DNA from: Candidatus Scatosoma sp.
GTDB lineage: Bacteria > Bacillota > Clostridia > Christensenellales > Borkfalkiaceae
Direction: 5' to 3'
Assembly (NCBI GenBank): GCA_045539975.1
Contig: JAZQGK010000130.1
Span: forward strand, 1,919-65,918
DNA: 64,000 nucleotides
Shown here: piece after piece, positions 8,808 through 17,026 of the stretch
How positions within the stretch are numbered: position 1 is the first letter of the stretch
How the letters are laid out: each line of letters opens with the position of its first letter
Translations under genes and position numbers: made by a program
The notes under the pieces: model-generated
What the model saw: only the letters and a program-made list of their open reading frames with translations
Told to the model about the DNA's origin: nothing
Database searches by the model: none

Positions 8808-9575
8808 TCAGCCTCCCATCGCAGGCACAGGGCTTTCATCTTCCTGCAGAGTTTCTTCGTCTTCCCCGTTCATAATTTCGGGATAGTTCTTTTCGCAATA
8901 CCTTTCGATAAATTCTTCTGCGTCCGTATTCGTTGTTACACTTGCGCTCGGATCCGCTTGATAGCCCTGAAAAAGTTTATACAAAATCTCCGCTTTTTCT
9001 TGATACAACGCTTTATACACCGCATCCGCATAAGAGCCTTCACATACCGCGTCTTTCAAGGAAGTAACAATGTGAATATCGTAAGAATCGTCAAAGACTT
9101 CCCCAGTAGTTCTCCCTGCCGTTTTATCGATTTTAAAGTCGATAAACTCTGCCTCTACACTTTTAATAACTTCCTTTTCGTAATCGATTTCAGTTTCTTC
9201 CGAGGCATCCCCAACGGCTGCATCGTGTTCGTCTTCCGTATGGTAGATGCTTGAATCGATAATATTCGCGCCTAACATTCCCAACACGTTTTCCGCCTTT
9301 TTCTCTGCCGAACAGCAATCGGGAGCATTCGCCATATACGCCGTCGCTTCCATAACGTCTTCGCCCGTAATCGTATCGATGGTTTCCTGCTCTTCTTTTT
9401 CGTGTTCACGCTCGTAATATTCGTCCAGGCTTTCAATATCGAACTCGTGCAGTTCTTCTTGCGTTAACCCAATGCTGTTTCGCAAAGTAAAGTATAAATC
9501 TTCATCGTTATTATGATGCTCAATCATCCAAGTGAGAAACTCGTCGATAATCTTTGTTTTTCTTTCTTCCGTCAT
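8808..9575 (-). CDS. Accessory protein, paralogue 1 of 3
   Basis: 255 aa. Modules FLTWMIEHHNNDEDLYFTLRNSIGLTQEEL and IDYEKEVIKSVEAEF...AVYKALYQEKAEIL. Tail QEDESPVPAMGG. Confidence 0.65.
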   Translation of the reverse strand: MTEERKTKIIDEFLTWMIEHHNNDEDLYFTLRNSIGLTQEELHEFDIESLDEYYEREHEKEEQETIDTITGEDVMEATAYMANAPDCCSAEKKAENVLGMLGANIIDSSIYHTEDEHDAAVGDASEETEIDYEKEVIKSVEAEFIDFKIDKTAGRTTGEVFDDSYDIHIVTSLKDAVCEGSYADAVYKALYQEKAEILYKLFQGYQADPSASVTTNTDAEEFIERYCEKNYPEIMNGEDEETLQEDESPVPAMGG

Positions 9576-9596
9576 TATATTTTTCCTCCAATTTTA

Positions 9597-10082
9597 TCAT
9601 TTATCGGTTACATGGGTGTCCCGAAATTCTTGTACAGCGTTTTGAAAATCTTCTGTTTTGATGTCCTTTCCAAACTCCGTATTCACCGCCGAGACGAGTT
9701 CTTCGTCCGTTTGGTCCTCCGTCGTAAAACAGCCTATGAGCCGTTCCACAAACCCGTCTTCTTCCGCCTCGTCGTGCAATGCAAATACGTAAAGCGTTTG
9801 CGCTTCTTCCACCTGCGTTTGCGTATAGCCTGCATTCAGCATTTCGTCTTCGATCTCTTGCACGACAACTTCCATTTTTGCCTGTTGCTCGTAGACTTTA
9901 TCAAACAGCCCGTCTGTGTTTATATCGATTCCGCCTGAAAAGATACCCAGCACTGCGATTATCGGCATTAGAAGCAGGAACAGCACGCCGAGGATTATCC
10001 CCAGCAGCCATTTTCTGCCTTTCTTGTCCGATACCAACGCAACCGCTATTTTCTTTATGATAGGAATAATGGGGGCAGCCAT
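9597..10082 (-). CDS. Conjugation-associated membrane protein (hypothetical)
   Basis: 161 aa. One TM helix (WLLGIILGVLFLLLMPIIAVLGIF) followed by an acidic soluble part. Its start overlaps the VirB4 stop (TAATG). Confidence 0.6.
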   Translation of the reverse strand: MAAPIIPIIKKIAVALVSDKKGRKWLLGIILGVLFLLLMPIIAVLGIFSGGIDINTDGLFDKVYEQQAKMEVVVQEIEDEMLNAGYTQTQVEEAQTLYVFALHDEAEEDGFVERLIGCFTTEDQTDEELVSAVNTEFGKDIKTEDFQNAVQEFRDTHVTDK

Positions 10083-11905
10083 TATCTTCCGCCCCCTTTC
10101 CCAAACAGAGCGAATTTATAGTCAGGCGCTCTTACTTGCAATAAATACCTTTCATTGCCGCAACGATATAAACAAGTACCGCGTTCGGGGTACTTGATAA
10201 GCTCGAATTCGCATTCTTCCAACTGCAACGCGTCCATATATTCCTTCGGATTGATTTGCCCTGCGTTGAACAGGAATTGGTGCGTCGGGATACTGAAAAG
10301 CGGTTTCGTGAACTCGCGGATTTCAGGCAATAAAAAATCTTCGATGTTTTGACTAGCCAGTATCACCGAAGATTCCTTTTTACGCACACGCTTCATTGCG
10401 TTGCGGATATATTCAATTGCCGTCAGATTTGTCAAAAATAGGTACAGTTCGTCGATGCTCGCCGCCGTATTCCCTACCCCCAAAAGCTGATTGCTCATAT
10501 ACGAAAGGATATTGAACAGCATTGCGTCCTTCAAACGCTTATTCGTATCAAGCAGTCCCTTCACGCCAAAGCATAAAAAATCACCGTCCGACACGTTCGT
10601 ATGCCCGTTAAAGTATTTACTTTCACTGCCGACGCACATAGAATTGATACCCAAGCAAACTTCCTGCAACGTCGTTTCCGTATACAAATACTTTCGCTTT
10701 TGGTCATACGTCATATATTCTTCTTCGCAGACGTGGTAAAACTCCTTCATCGTCGGATAATCCGTCGGCTTCAATTCCGCATAGTTCGTCGTGTCTGTGA
10801 TGCCAAACCTTGCGTACAGCTTCACGAGCAGAATTTCAATCGTATCTAAGTGTTCATCCGCAAAATCCTTATAGCAACGGAAAAAGTCCTTCAAGAACGC
10901 AATGTGCTGCGACAGCCTCGTCACCTTTCTAAACGCTTCGGGCGTATCCGCATCCACTTCTTCTAATCCGTCCGACCATACCTTCGGCTCTAACGGGTTT
11001 ATCTTGTATTCTCCGCCCATAAAATCAATATAGCAACCGCCAAGGTTCTCGCAAAGGTCCTTGTACTCGTCATCGGGATCGAGCACAATCACCCGCTTCC
11101 CCGATTCTCGGATATTCGTCAAAAGCAGTTTCATCAAATAGCTTTTGCCCTGACCGCTATTGCCTAATATCAGCACGTTGCTGTTCGTTTTATCGTCCGC
11201 GCGCTTATCCAAATCCACGAGAATATTCGTGCCAAACTTATCCCTGCCGATATACATCCCGTGTTCGTCTGTTTTACCAGAGAAACTGAACGGATACAGA
11301 TTTGCCGCTGAGCTTGACGGCAAGACTCTTTCAAACTGCGTTCCGAATTGATTCGTCCCCACGGGCAATACCGATAAAAAGCCTTCCTTTTGCCGTAAGG
11401 TCAGCCTATCTGCCGTGAGCCTTGAACGTGACAGTTCCATCTGCACCTCGTCTTGCAGTTCTTTCAGCTCGTCCAGGCTTTTCGCTTTCAGTTCAAGGAA
11501 TACCGAACAATGCAACAACGATTCTCGGCTTTGGCGCATATTCGCCAAAAGCTCGATTACGTCTTGCAAGTTCCCTTCCGCTTCGACAGCTTCGGTTACG
11601 TCGTTCCCCGTCGTTTTCATCTTGTTTTTCCGCGTGGCGTTCTGGATGATTTTTTTCTGTTCCATAGGCTCGACAAGTCTATGATAAATCCTAACCGTTA
11701 CGCCGTTCCTGTCCGCAATTCTCGCAAGGATTGCCTGTTCGTCCGTTGCAGGCGGATATTCCCTTATCGCCCAAGCGCATCTGTAGCTGTCGCCTACGAT
11801 ATAATGATCGACAAAAAACTTGATCGTACTCGGCGCGATACAGTCAAAAAAATCCTTCGTACGTATCAATTCCTGTTTCTCTGCCGATATCTGTTTCTTA
11901 GCCAT
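10082..11905 (-). CDS. virB4: VirB4-family conjugative transfer ATPase
   Basis: Walker A LILGNSGQGKSYLMK and Walker B-like SIDELYLFL. Start set at MAKKQIS (ATG 11905, RBS AGGAGG 9 nt upstream); the ORF-track start at 11929 is a TTG. Confidence 0.9.
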   Translation of the reverse strand: MAKKQISAEKQELIRTKDFFDCIAPSTIKFFVDHYIVGDSYRCAWAIREYPPATDEQAILARIADRNGVTVRIYHRLVEPMEQKKIIQNATRKNKMKTTGNDVTEAVEAEGNLQDVIELLANMRQSRESLLHCSVFLELKAKSLDELKELQDEVQMELSRSRLTADRLTLRQKEGFLSVLPVGTNQFGTQFERVLPSSSAANLYPFSFSGKTDEHGMYIGRDKFGTNILVDLDKRADDKTNSNVLILGNSGQGKSYLMKLLLTNIRESGKRVIVLDPDDEYKDLCENLGGCYIDFMGGEYKINPLEPKVWSDGLEEVDADTPEAFRKVTRLSQHIAFLKDFFRCYKDFADEHLDTIEILLVKLYARFGITDTTNYAELKPTDYPTMKEFYHVCEEEYMTYDQKRKYLYTETTLQEVCLGINSMCVGSESKYFNGHTNVSDGDFLCFGVKGLLDTNKRLKDAMLFNILSYMSNQLLGVGNTAASIDELYLFLTNLTAIEYIRNAMKRVRKKESSVILASQNIEDFLLPEIREFTKPLFSIPTHQFLFNAGQINPKEYMDALQLEECEFELIKYPERGTCLYRCGNERYLLQVRAPDYKFALFGKGGGR

Positions 11906-12494
11906 CCTCTTCTTCCTCCTTCCCATCAAAATACTGCGCGCCGTCTACGTCGGGGATCCGTTCGCCTTGAATGCTTGCGCCAAAGTATAACGCCATAAAA
12001 CGCTTGATTTCCCCTTTCGTCATCAGGTGCGAATCAAAGCCCTGTTCCGCGAGTGTTTTTTGAATCGTATTCGCATAGTTAAACACCTGCATCGGGTTCA
12101 TGTTCCTGCATCTTACGAAAAACAGAAACTGCCGAGAAGTAGACATTTCAAGCTGAATCTCGTTTAGAAACTTCAAGTCCTTACCAAGCAGTTTCTTGAT
12201 TTTAGGATTGGGTTCTTCCTCTCGTCTTCTCGCCAAATATGCCTTATTCTCGTCGAAACATTCCGACGAATCCAGGCATAAGATCCCGATATCGGAAATC
12301 GCCGACAATACCAAGGTCAACTGCCGCACCTTACTCTCTACCGCAGCAGAAGATAACACCGAAATATTGCTCGGCGTTACGTGAAAATACAGCATTTCTC
12401 CGCGCGACGTCACAACTCCGTATTCGCTGAACGTCTTAACTCCCAGGAGCGTTTGTACGCTTGCGCCGTTCTTATTCTTTTCTTTCTTTGCCAC
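11898..12494 (-). CDS. Conjugation protein, possibly a separately encoded VirB4 N-terminal-like domain
   Basis: 198 aa. Its stop overlaps the VirB4 ATG by 8 nt (ATGGCTAA). Together with the 607-aa VirB4 the total is about 800 aa, the usual Gram-positive VirB4 length. Confidence 0.5.
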   Translation of the reverse strand: MAKKEKNKNGASVQTLLGVKTFSEYGVVTSRGEMLYFHVTPSNISVLSSAAVESKVRQLTLVLSAISDIGILCLDSSECFDENKAYLARRREEEPNPKIKKLLGKDLKFLNEIQLEMSTSRQFLFFVRCRNMNPMQVFNYANTIQKTLAEQGFDSHLMTKGEIKRFMALYFGASIQGERIPDVDGAQYFDGKEEEEDG

Positions 12495-12497
12495 TTC

Positions 12498-12758
12498 CTA
12501 CCTCCACTTATATTCCTGTTGCTCGGTCATAAAATACCGAACTGCGTACTTGATAAAATCAAGCACCGTCATTTCATCCTTCCGAATCGTCAATACCGCA
12601 AAGCAAAGCGTGATTGCCGCAGGTATCAGTATGCCGAGCTTCACCAGCATCACAATCGATATCAGCGTCAGTACGCAGAGGATTATAAAATCCTTTAAGC
12701 CCCACAGCCATAAATTCGCCTTTGCCCGTAGATTCTTCGGGTATAAATATTGTTTCAT
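12498..12758 (-). CDS. PrgI/TcpE-like small membrane protein (VirB3 analogue)
   Basis: 86 aa with two TM helices (FIILCVLTLISIVMLV, ILIPAAITLCFAVL). Sits immediately upstream of the VirB4 module, as in Firmicutes T4SS loci. Confidence 0.65.
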   Translation of the reverse strand: MKQYLYPKNLRAKANLWLWGLKDFIILCVLTLISIVMLVKLGILIPAAITLCFAVLTIRKDEMTVLDFIKYAVRYFMTEQQEYKWR

Positions 12759-12774
12759 TTTTCCTTCTCCTATT

Positions 12775-13218
12775 TCACCACCAGCCGAGAAATTTGCTCA
12801 GCCAATGTACGTACCATCTCGGATCCGCCGTGTATTCGAGATCTGAATGCCTTGTTTGCGCTCGTTTATAGCCTACGGAATATAAACCGTTATGCAGCCT
12901 ACATTCCCCTACAAGCTCCGCTTTTCCGCGTGAAATCTCATAGCCCTTTTCTTCGCTGTATTCTTGCACAAACGCAATGATCTCGTACACGGTATCCCCG
13001 TATCGATAGCTTTCGTATATCTTGACTGAGTTTTTCCCGAACCGCATTCTTACCGTTTCGCCGCTTGACAAAGTCAACCAAACGTCGTTTCCTTCTTCCT
13101 GATATTGAAACTCGTTATAATCTTTGTGTTGGTCCTCATATTTTTTACAGCCTTGCGCCATAAACAAAAAACCAAACCCCAGACATACGACGAGTATCAG
13201 CGCAAAAAATCGTTTTAT
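12775..13218 (-). CDS. Putative lipoprotein; probable non-canonical ATA start
   Basis: The frame stays open upstream of the track start. (ATA)KRFFALILVVCLGFGFLFMAQGC is a full lipoprotein signal peptide with a Cys. AGGAGG lies 6 nt upstream of ATA 13218-13216. Confidence 0.55.
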   Translation of the reverse strand: MKRFFALILVVCLGFGFLFMAQGCKKYEDQHKDYNEFQYQEEGNDVWLTLSSGETVRMRFGKNSVKIYESYRYGDTVYEIIAFVQEYSEEKGYEISRGKAELVGECRLHNGLYSVGYKRAQTRHSDLEYTADPRWYVHWLSKFLGWW

Positions 13219-13613
13219 ATTAGACCTCCTTGCGTTTGCACGCTTTCAGGCTCGTCCATATACTGCTCGCAAAACTCTTGCGGCGTTTGGTCGTACCATC
13301 TTCGGATACGGAGTGTCAGCATTTCCTTGATGACCTCCGTTTCCGAGTTCGTCGGCTCGTAGTCAAACCAATCACTGCTACAATCGTCGTAACTGATTTG
13401 ACCTTTCAATCTCAAAGTATCTTCAAACGGGTTATAAAAGCCCCACAAATTCAGCCACGTGCCTTCTTCGCCGTTCGTTTCGATTTTGAATTTCTTATCC
13501 ACCTCGAACCATGCGTCTAACATAAAATTGATTTGCTGCGGATTATCATCGTCGACTTCGATTTGCGGATCGACGTTCAAATCCTTCTTTTCCATTTCCA
13601 TATTTTCCGTCAT
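13215..13613 (-). CDS. Hypothetical acidic protein (132 aa)
   Basis: ORF within the T4SS operon. No motif recognised. Confidence 0.55.
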   Translation of the reverse strand: MTENMEMEKKDLNVDPQIEVDDDNPQQINFMLDAWFEVDKKFKIETNGEEGTWLNLWGFYNPFEDTLRLKGQISYDDCSSDWFDYEPTNSETEVIKEMLTLRIRRWYDQTPQEFCEQYMDEPESVQTQGGLI

Positions 13614-13616
13614 ACG

Positions 13617-14210
13617 CTATTTCCTTCCTTTCTTAAATACAAGCCAATAACTATGTGTTTTCGCCACACAGTTTTGTTGCTTTGCGTCCTTTTGTAATTT
13701 GCTGTCCGTCGATTTGATTATAATATCACGAAGCGTAAAGCCTATTTCATTTGCGTAATTGATAATATCGTTGTGCGTGCAATAAAATCGATGTTCCGAC
13801 ATATCTTGGCATTTGAATAATAAATATCCTCCAACCTTTAATACGCGCATAAACTGCTTTAGGCTCTGCGTATACATTTTCATCAATTCGGCATAGCTTT
13901 TGAAATACGAAAACCGATTGCTGATTTTATCGTTATTCGGAGCTTTTCTTCCGCGAAATAAAAAAGGCGGATCGAAAACAATCGTTTCAAACGACTCGTC
14001 TTCAATTCCGTCCATTTTCGTTGTATCTATCTGCATTACGTCATCATACTGCGGATATAAATCGCTTTTATAACGCGGTGGCTTCAACCCTTTCCAAAAC
14101 ACACCTTTGCTATAGGTGCAGTCCAAATCGTACCACTTCCCTTTTAAATGGATATCGTTGATTGCCGTTAAAATTTCCGCATCTGTTCTAAATACACTAA
14201 AATATCTCAC
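13617..14210 (-). CDS. Small putative DNA methyltransferase (DPPF motif)
   Basis: 197 aa. Catalytic-type motif IVFDPPFLF preceded about 60 aa earlier by a motif-I-like WYDLDCTYSKG, with LKVGGYLLFKCQD downstream. Target base not determinable by eye. Confidence 0.6.
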   Translation of the reverse strand: MRYFSVFRTDAEILTAINDIHLKGKWYDLDCTYSKGVFWKGLKPPRYKSDLYPQYDDVMQIDTTKMDGIEDESFETIVFDPPFLFRGRKAPNNDKISNRFSYFKSYAELMKMYTQSLKQFMRVLKVGGYLLFKCQDMSEHRFYCTHNDIINYANEIGFTLRDIIIKSTDSKLQKDAKQQNCVAKTHSYWLVFKKGRK

Positions 14211-14220
14211 ACATCCTCCT

Positions 14221-15153
14221 TTATGGCTTTGCTTTACCTATCATTCTCGTAAGGTTAATAGCCGTCATCGTAGCATGAATGATGCCCATTGCATTGAGAC
14301 GAGTCGAAGTATCCATACCGAACTGTTGCGCAATCCTCGGAACTTCGCTTGCCGCAAGCATTATCCCGATGCCGAGCAACATGTTTTCAGGCAACGTCAA
14401 TAACCCCAAATATAACAGCGTCGTTTGCATAAACGCCGTTAGACACGTCGCTGCGACCTGCTTCATCCAGTTCGTAAAGCCGTCAGAATAGCCTCTTGGC
14501 ACGGAAAACATGTACAAGGAACCTACCGATATCTGCACAAGTAATATCCCGCCTCGTTTGATATTCTGGAAGAATACTTTTAGCACGCAATAAATGAACA
14601 TGATTAAAGCAACCAAATGGAACAGCCCCTTCAACGCGCTGCCTGTAATCGTAAAGTTCGCAAAGAAAACTTCCTTGCATAGCGTTGTCATATCCGCTAT
14701 CTGTACGTCCGCAAACAAGGTACCCAGGTCCGAAGCGAAAGTGTGTTGAAGCGATATGCAGAGCTTATACAATTCCACAGGCACAACCCCGATTAGTGAG
14801 CACGCAAAAAAGCCTTTTAAGATGTTCAGCGCCGTCGTTTTTATATTCGCTCGGCCCGTTTGGTACTCCATCGCAACGTCGAATATTGCTACCACTACGC
14901 CCACGATAAATAGAGACCAGCCAAACAGCGTAAACAGCCGTATCGTCGCCTCCACCCACGGCAGGTCAAAGATTTCCGCACCCATATTTCCCATAATCGC
15001 AAAGAAATCGGCAATCGCGCCATAAATGGTATCGTATAGCCAATGCAGCATTGTTGTCCAAATGGTATTGGAGAGTCGTTCGCCCATCGCCGCAAAGCCG
15101 TCCATGATTGCTTCGCGCATTCCGTCAATGATGTCTTTCACCCATCCAAACAT
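14221..15153 (-). CDS. Polytopic membrane protein, VirB6/TrbL analogue
   Basis: 310 aa with at least six hydrophobic helices. Sits between the pilin-like and VirB3/VirB4 genes. Confidence 0.65.
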   Translation of the reverse strand: MFGWVKDIIDGMREAIMDGFAAMGERLSNTIWTTMLHWLYDTIYGAIADFFAIMGNMGAEIFDLPWVEATIRLFTLFGWSLFIVGVVVAIFDVAMEYQTGRANIKTTALNILKGFFACSLIGVVPVELYKLCISLQHTFASDLGTLFADVQIADMTTLCKEVFFANFTITGSALKGLFHLVALIMFIYCVLKVFFQNIKRGGILLVQISVGSLYMFSVPRGYSDGFTNWMKQVAATCLTAFMQTTLLYLGLLTLPENMLLGIGIMLAASEVPRIAQQFGMDTSTRLNAMGIIHATMTAINLTRMIGKAKP

Positions 15154-15173
15154 TTTGTTTCACCTCCTTTACG

Positions 15174-15207
15174 CAAAAAAAGGCGGCTGCTTTTTGCAAC
15201 CGCCTTT
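15174..15207 (-). terminator. Intrinsic terminator/attenuator after the pilin-like gene
   Basis: The minus-strand RNA forms GGCGGUUGC-AAAAA-GCAGCCGCC (9 bp, one U-G pair) followed by UUUUUUU. Confidence 0.7.
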
Positions 15208-15218
15208 CACTGCTGTCG

Positions 15219-15569
15219 TTACATACCGAGAATATCCCATACATACAACGGAGCCGTAAGCGTAAACACCAAACATGCAAACAAAATGCAAGGTGCTACG
15301 AATTCGAACTGACCGTGCTTGCGGTAATCAAAGTACGCAGTCCCCAGCTTAATGAAAAACATGACCGCCAAAATCAAGTCCACAATCGGGAAAATTACGT
15401 TATTCACCACCTGCTTGATTTGCACCTGCGCGTCGTTCCAAGTATTCTCTACCGCGCCCGCCACGTCACCCGTGTCAGCCGATGCTACTACACCCGAAAT
15501 CGTAAACGCCGCTACAATGCAAACCAGCGCGAGTACGCTAATCAAAATCAGCCAATGTTTCCTTTTCAT
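15219..15569 (-). CDS. VirB2/TrbC-like pilin-type protein
   Basis: 116 aa. Signal peptide (MKRKHWLILISVLALVCIVAAFTISGVVASA) followed by two hydrophobic helices, the usual T4SS pilin topology. Confidence 0.5.
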   Translation of the reverse strand: MKRKHWLILISVLALVCIVAAFTISGVVASADTGDVAGAVENTWNDAQVQIKQVVNNVIFPIVDLILAVMFFIKLGTAYFDYRKHGQFEFVAPCILFACLVFTLTAPLYVWDILGM

Positions 15570-15576
15570 TTTTCCT

Positions 15577-15948
15577 TTATCCTCCTACAATTTTTCTAAT
15601 TTCTTTCTCGGAAATCTTTCGCATCCGTATCTTCATATTCTTACCGAAACGGATTTCGTCTTGCATACTTTCCGTCTGTTCGCCGAATACCCAAATTTCG
15701 TCGCAAAACCACAGTAAACTCATACCTGCCTGCCGCATTTGCTTGATATCTACGGTATTTTTATCCCCAATCATCTTCGCTAAGGCGTGCGGTCCTACGG
15801 GTACGCAATCGCTTTTAAGCGTAAAATCATAATATCGTACCGAATCTTCGAGCTCCGTTTCCAAGGCGGCCCCGAATGGCGCGCATACGTAGATTTTCTT
15901 TTTCATACGCAGCCACTTCCTTGCCTGCGCGCTTAACGCTCTGTTCAT
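15577..15948 (-). CDS. Nucleoside 2-deoxyribosyltransferase-like (DUF4406-like) small protein
   Basis: KKIYVCAPF...VPVGPHA...LLWFCDEIWVFGE pattern is typical of the NDT-like Rossmannoid family. Alternative start at MKKKIYV (15906). Confidence 0.45.
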   Translation of the reverse strand: MNRALSAQARKWLRMKKKIYVCAPFGAALETELEDSVRYYDFTLKSDCVPVGPHALAKMIGDKNTVDIKQMRQAGMSLLWFCDEIWVFGEQTESMQDEIRFGKNMKIRMRKISEKEIRKIVGG

Positions 15949-15957
15949 TTCACCCCC

Positions 15958-16728
15958 TTATCCTGTTGGATTCTGTTCGCTTGATATTTTCGTTTCATGT
16001 TCTACCTCCATACTGTTTTCATCTTGACTGCGGAATCCCGCTGCCTTTTCTTTTGCCCAATCGGGAAGCAGTTCCAGCTTCATTACCCCTTCAATCTCAC
16101 TGCGCAAAAATACGTCTTCCGCGCCGTCTTTTAAAAACTTTCCGTAGACCTTTGTGCCTAACGAGTCGGGACGGCATCCGTTTCCAAACCTTGCGTAGAA
16201 AAGTTGGTCTTCGGGCGTTTTGTATTCCGCTTGAAGCGCGTTCGGGGATATGACGACCACCTGCCCCGTATAATCCAATTCCGAGCGGCTGTTTTCGTAT
16301 ACGCTGTCCGATTCGTACAGCCCTAACTTCTGCCATTCCTTTCGGGCTTGGTTGATGAATATATCCACAAGTCCTGGATGCGACGTCACTGCAAAAGTCG
16401 AGCGTTTTATGTTCGTATCAGGCGGTATCATGAACCCGCGCGACCATTTTTTGTTTTCTATGCTATACCTGCCGTCATCATGAGACATCTGAACGGTGTT
16501 CGCCAACACCCAATTCACTCTGTCGTGACCGTATTCGTCTATGACTTTCTTCGCGCTTTCACCGTCCAAGCGGTTATCACGGTAATTCAGTTTAATTACA
16601 CGCTCAATCGCCCTTGCGCATCGGCAGTTTTCGTTATAACTCTCGTCCCATAAATCGCTTTGTCCCGACCGTTTTGCCGCGTCTTTCGACCAAGTATACA
16701 GCGGCTTATACTTGCCCATTGCCGTCAC
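15958..16728 (-). CDS. ICE accessory protein (DUF3849-like, from memory)
   Basis: 256 aa. N-terminal LYTWSKDAAKRSGQSDLWDESYNENCRCARAIERVI...VNWVLANTV...DGRYS..NKKW resembles the DUF3849 module of Clostridial ICE proteins. Confidence 0.5.
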   Translation of the reverse strand: MTAMGKYKPLYTWSKDAAKRSGQSDLWDESYNENCRCARAIERVIKLNYRDNRLDGESAKKVIDEYGHDRVNWVLANTVQMSHDDGRYSIENKKWSRGFMIPPDTNIKRSTFAVTSHPGLVDIFINQARKEWQKLGLYESDSVYENSRSELDYTGQVVVISPNALQAEYKTPEDQLFYARFGNGCRPDSLGTKVYGKFLKDGAEDVFLRSEIEGVMKLELLPDWAKEKAAGFRSQDENSMEVEHETKISSEQNPTG

Positions 16729-17011
16729 CTTGGAGCTGCGCCCACTTCACCGACAAATGTACAAGCGCCGCCCTCTGCTGTTCAGGCGACAAGCCGTTCA
16801 GGAAATCGTACAAAGTGATTTCATTTCCGTCCTTTTGCACCGTTTCTTTGCAACAATCGCAAATCTTTTCGCGCTTTACGACTACGCTTCTCCCGTCCTC
16901 CGATGCGGCGAACGATAACACGTCGTTTTGAGAAAATCCTACCTTTTCTCTGATTTCGTAAGGGAGCGTGATGCGTCCCCTTTTTCCTAAAATGCGATAA
17001 ATCTTTCCCAT
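16706..17011 (-). CDS. AbrB/MazE/SpoVT-family DNA-binding protein
   Basis: 101 aa. N-terminal swapped-hairpin signature GKRGRITLPYEIREKVGFSQNDVLSF. Contains CDCC. Confidence 0.7.
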   Translation of the reverse strand: MGKIYRILGKRGRITLPYEIREKVGFSQNDVLSFAASEDGRSVVVKREKICDCCKETVQKDGNEITLYDFLNGLSPEQQRAALVHLSVKWAQLQGDGNGQV

Positions 17012-17026
17012 AATTCACCTCCTGTC

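Noticed and set aside
8807-8839. N-terminal extension MKALCLRWEAD of ORF 7988-8839.
   Set aside because: It is an out-of-frame reading of the conserved tail of the upstream paralogue. The junction GGAGGCTGATATG, repeated at 7985-8000, supports a start at 8806.
11898-11929. The overlap of the 198-aa ORF and VirB4 read as a frameshift (VirB4 pseudogene).
   Set aside because: The track start at 11929 is a TTG. A proper ATG (11905) with AGGAGG 9 nt upstream overlaps the upstream stop as ATGGCTAA, which is typical translational coupling. I therefore treat them as two intact genes.
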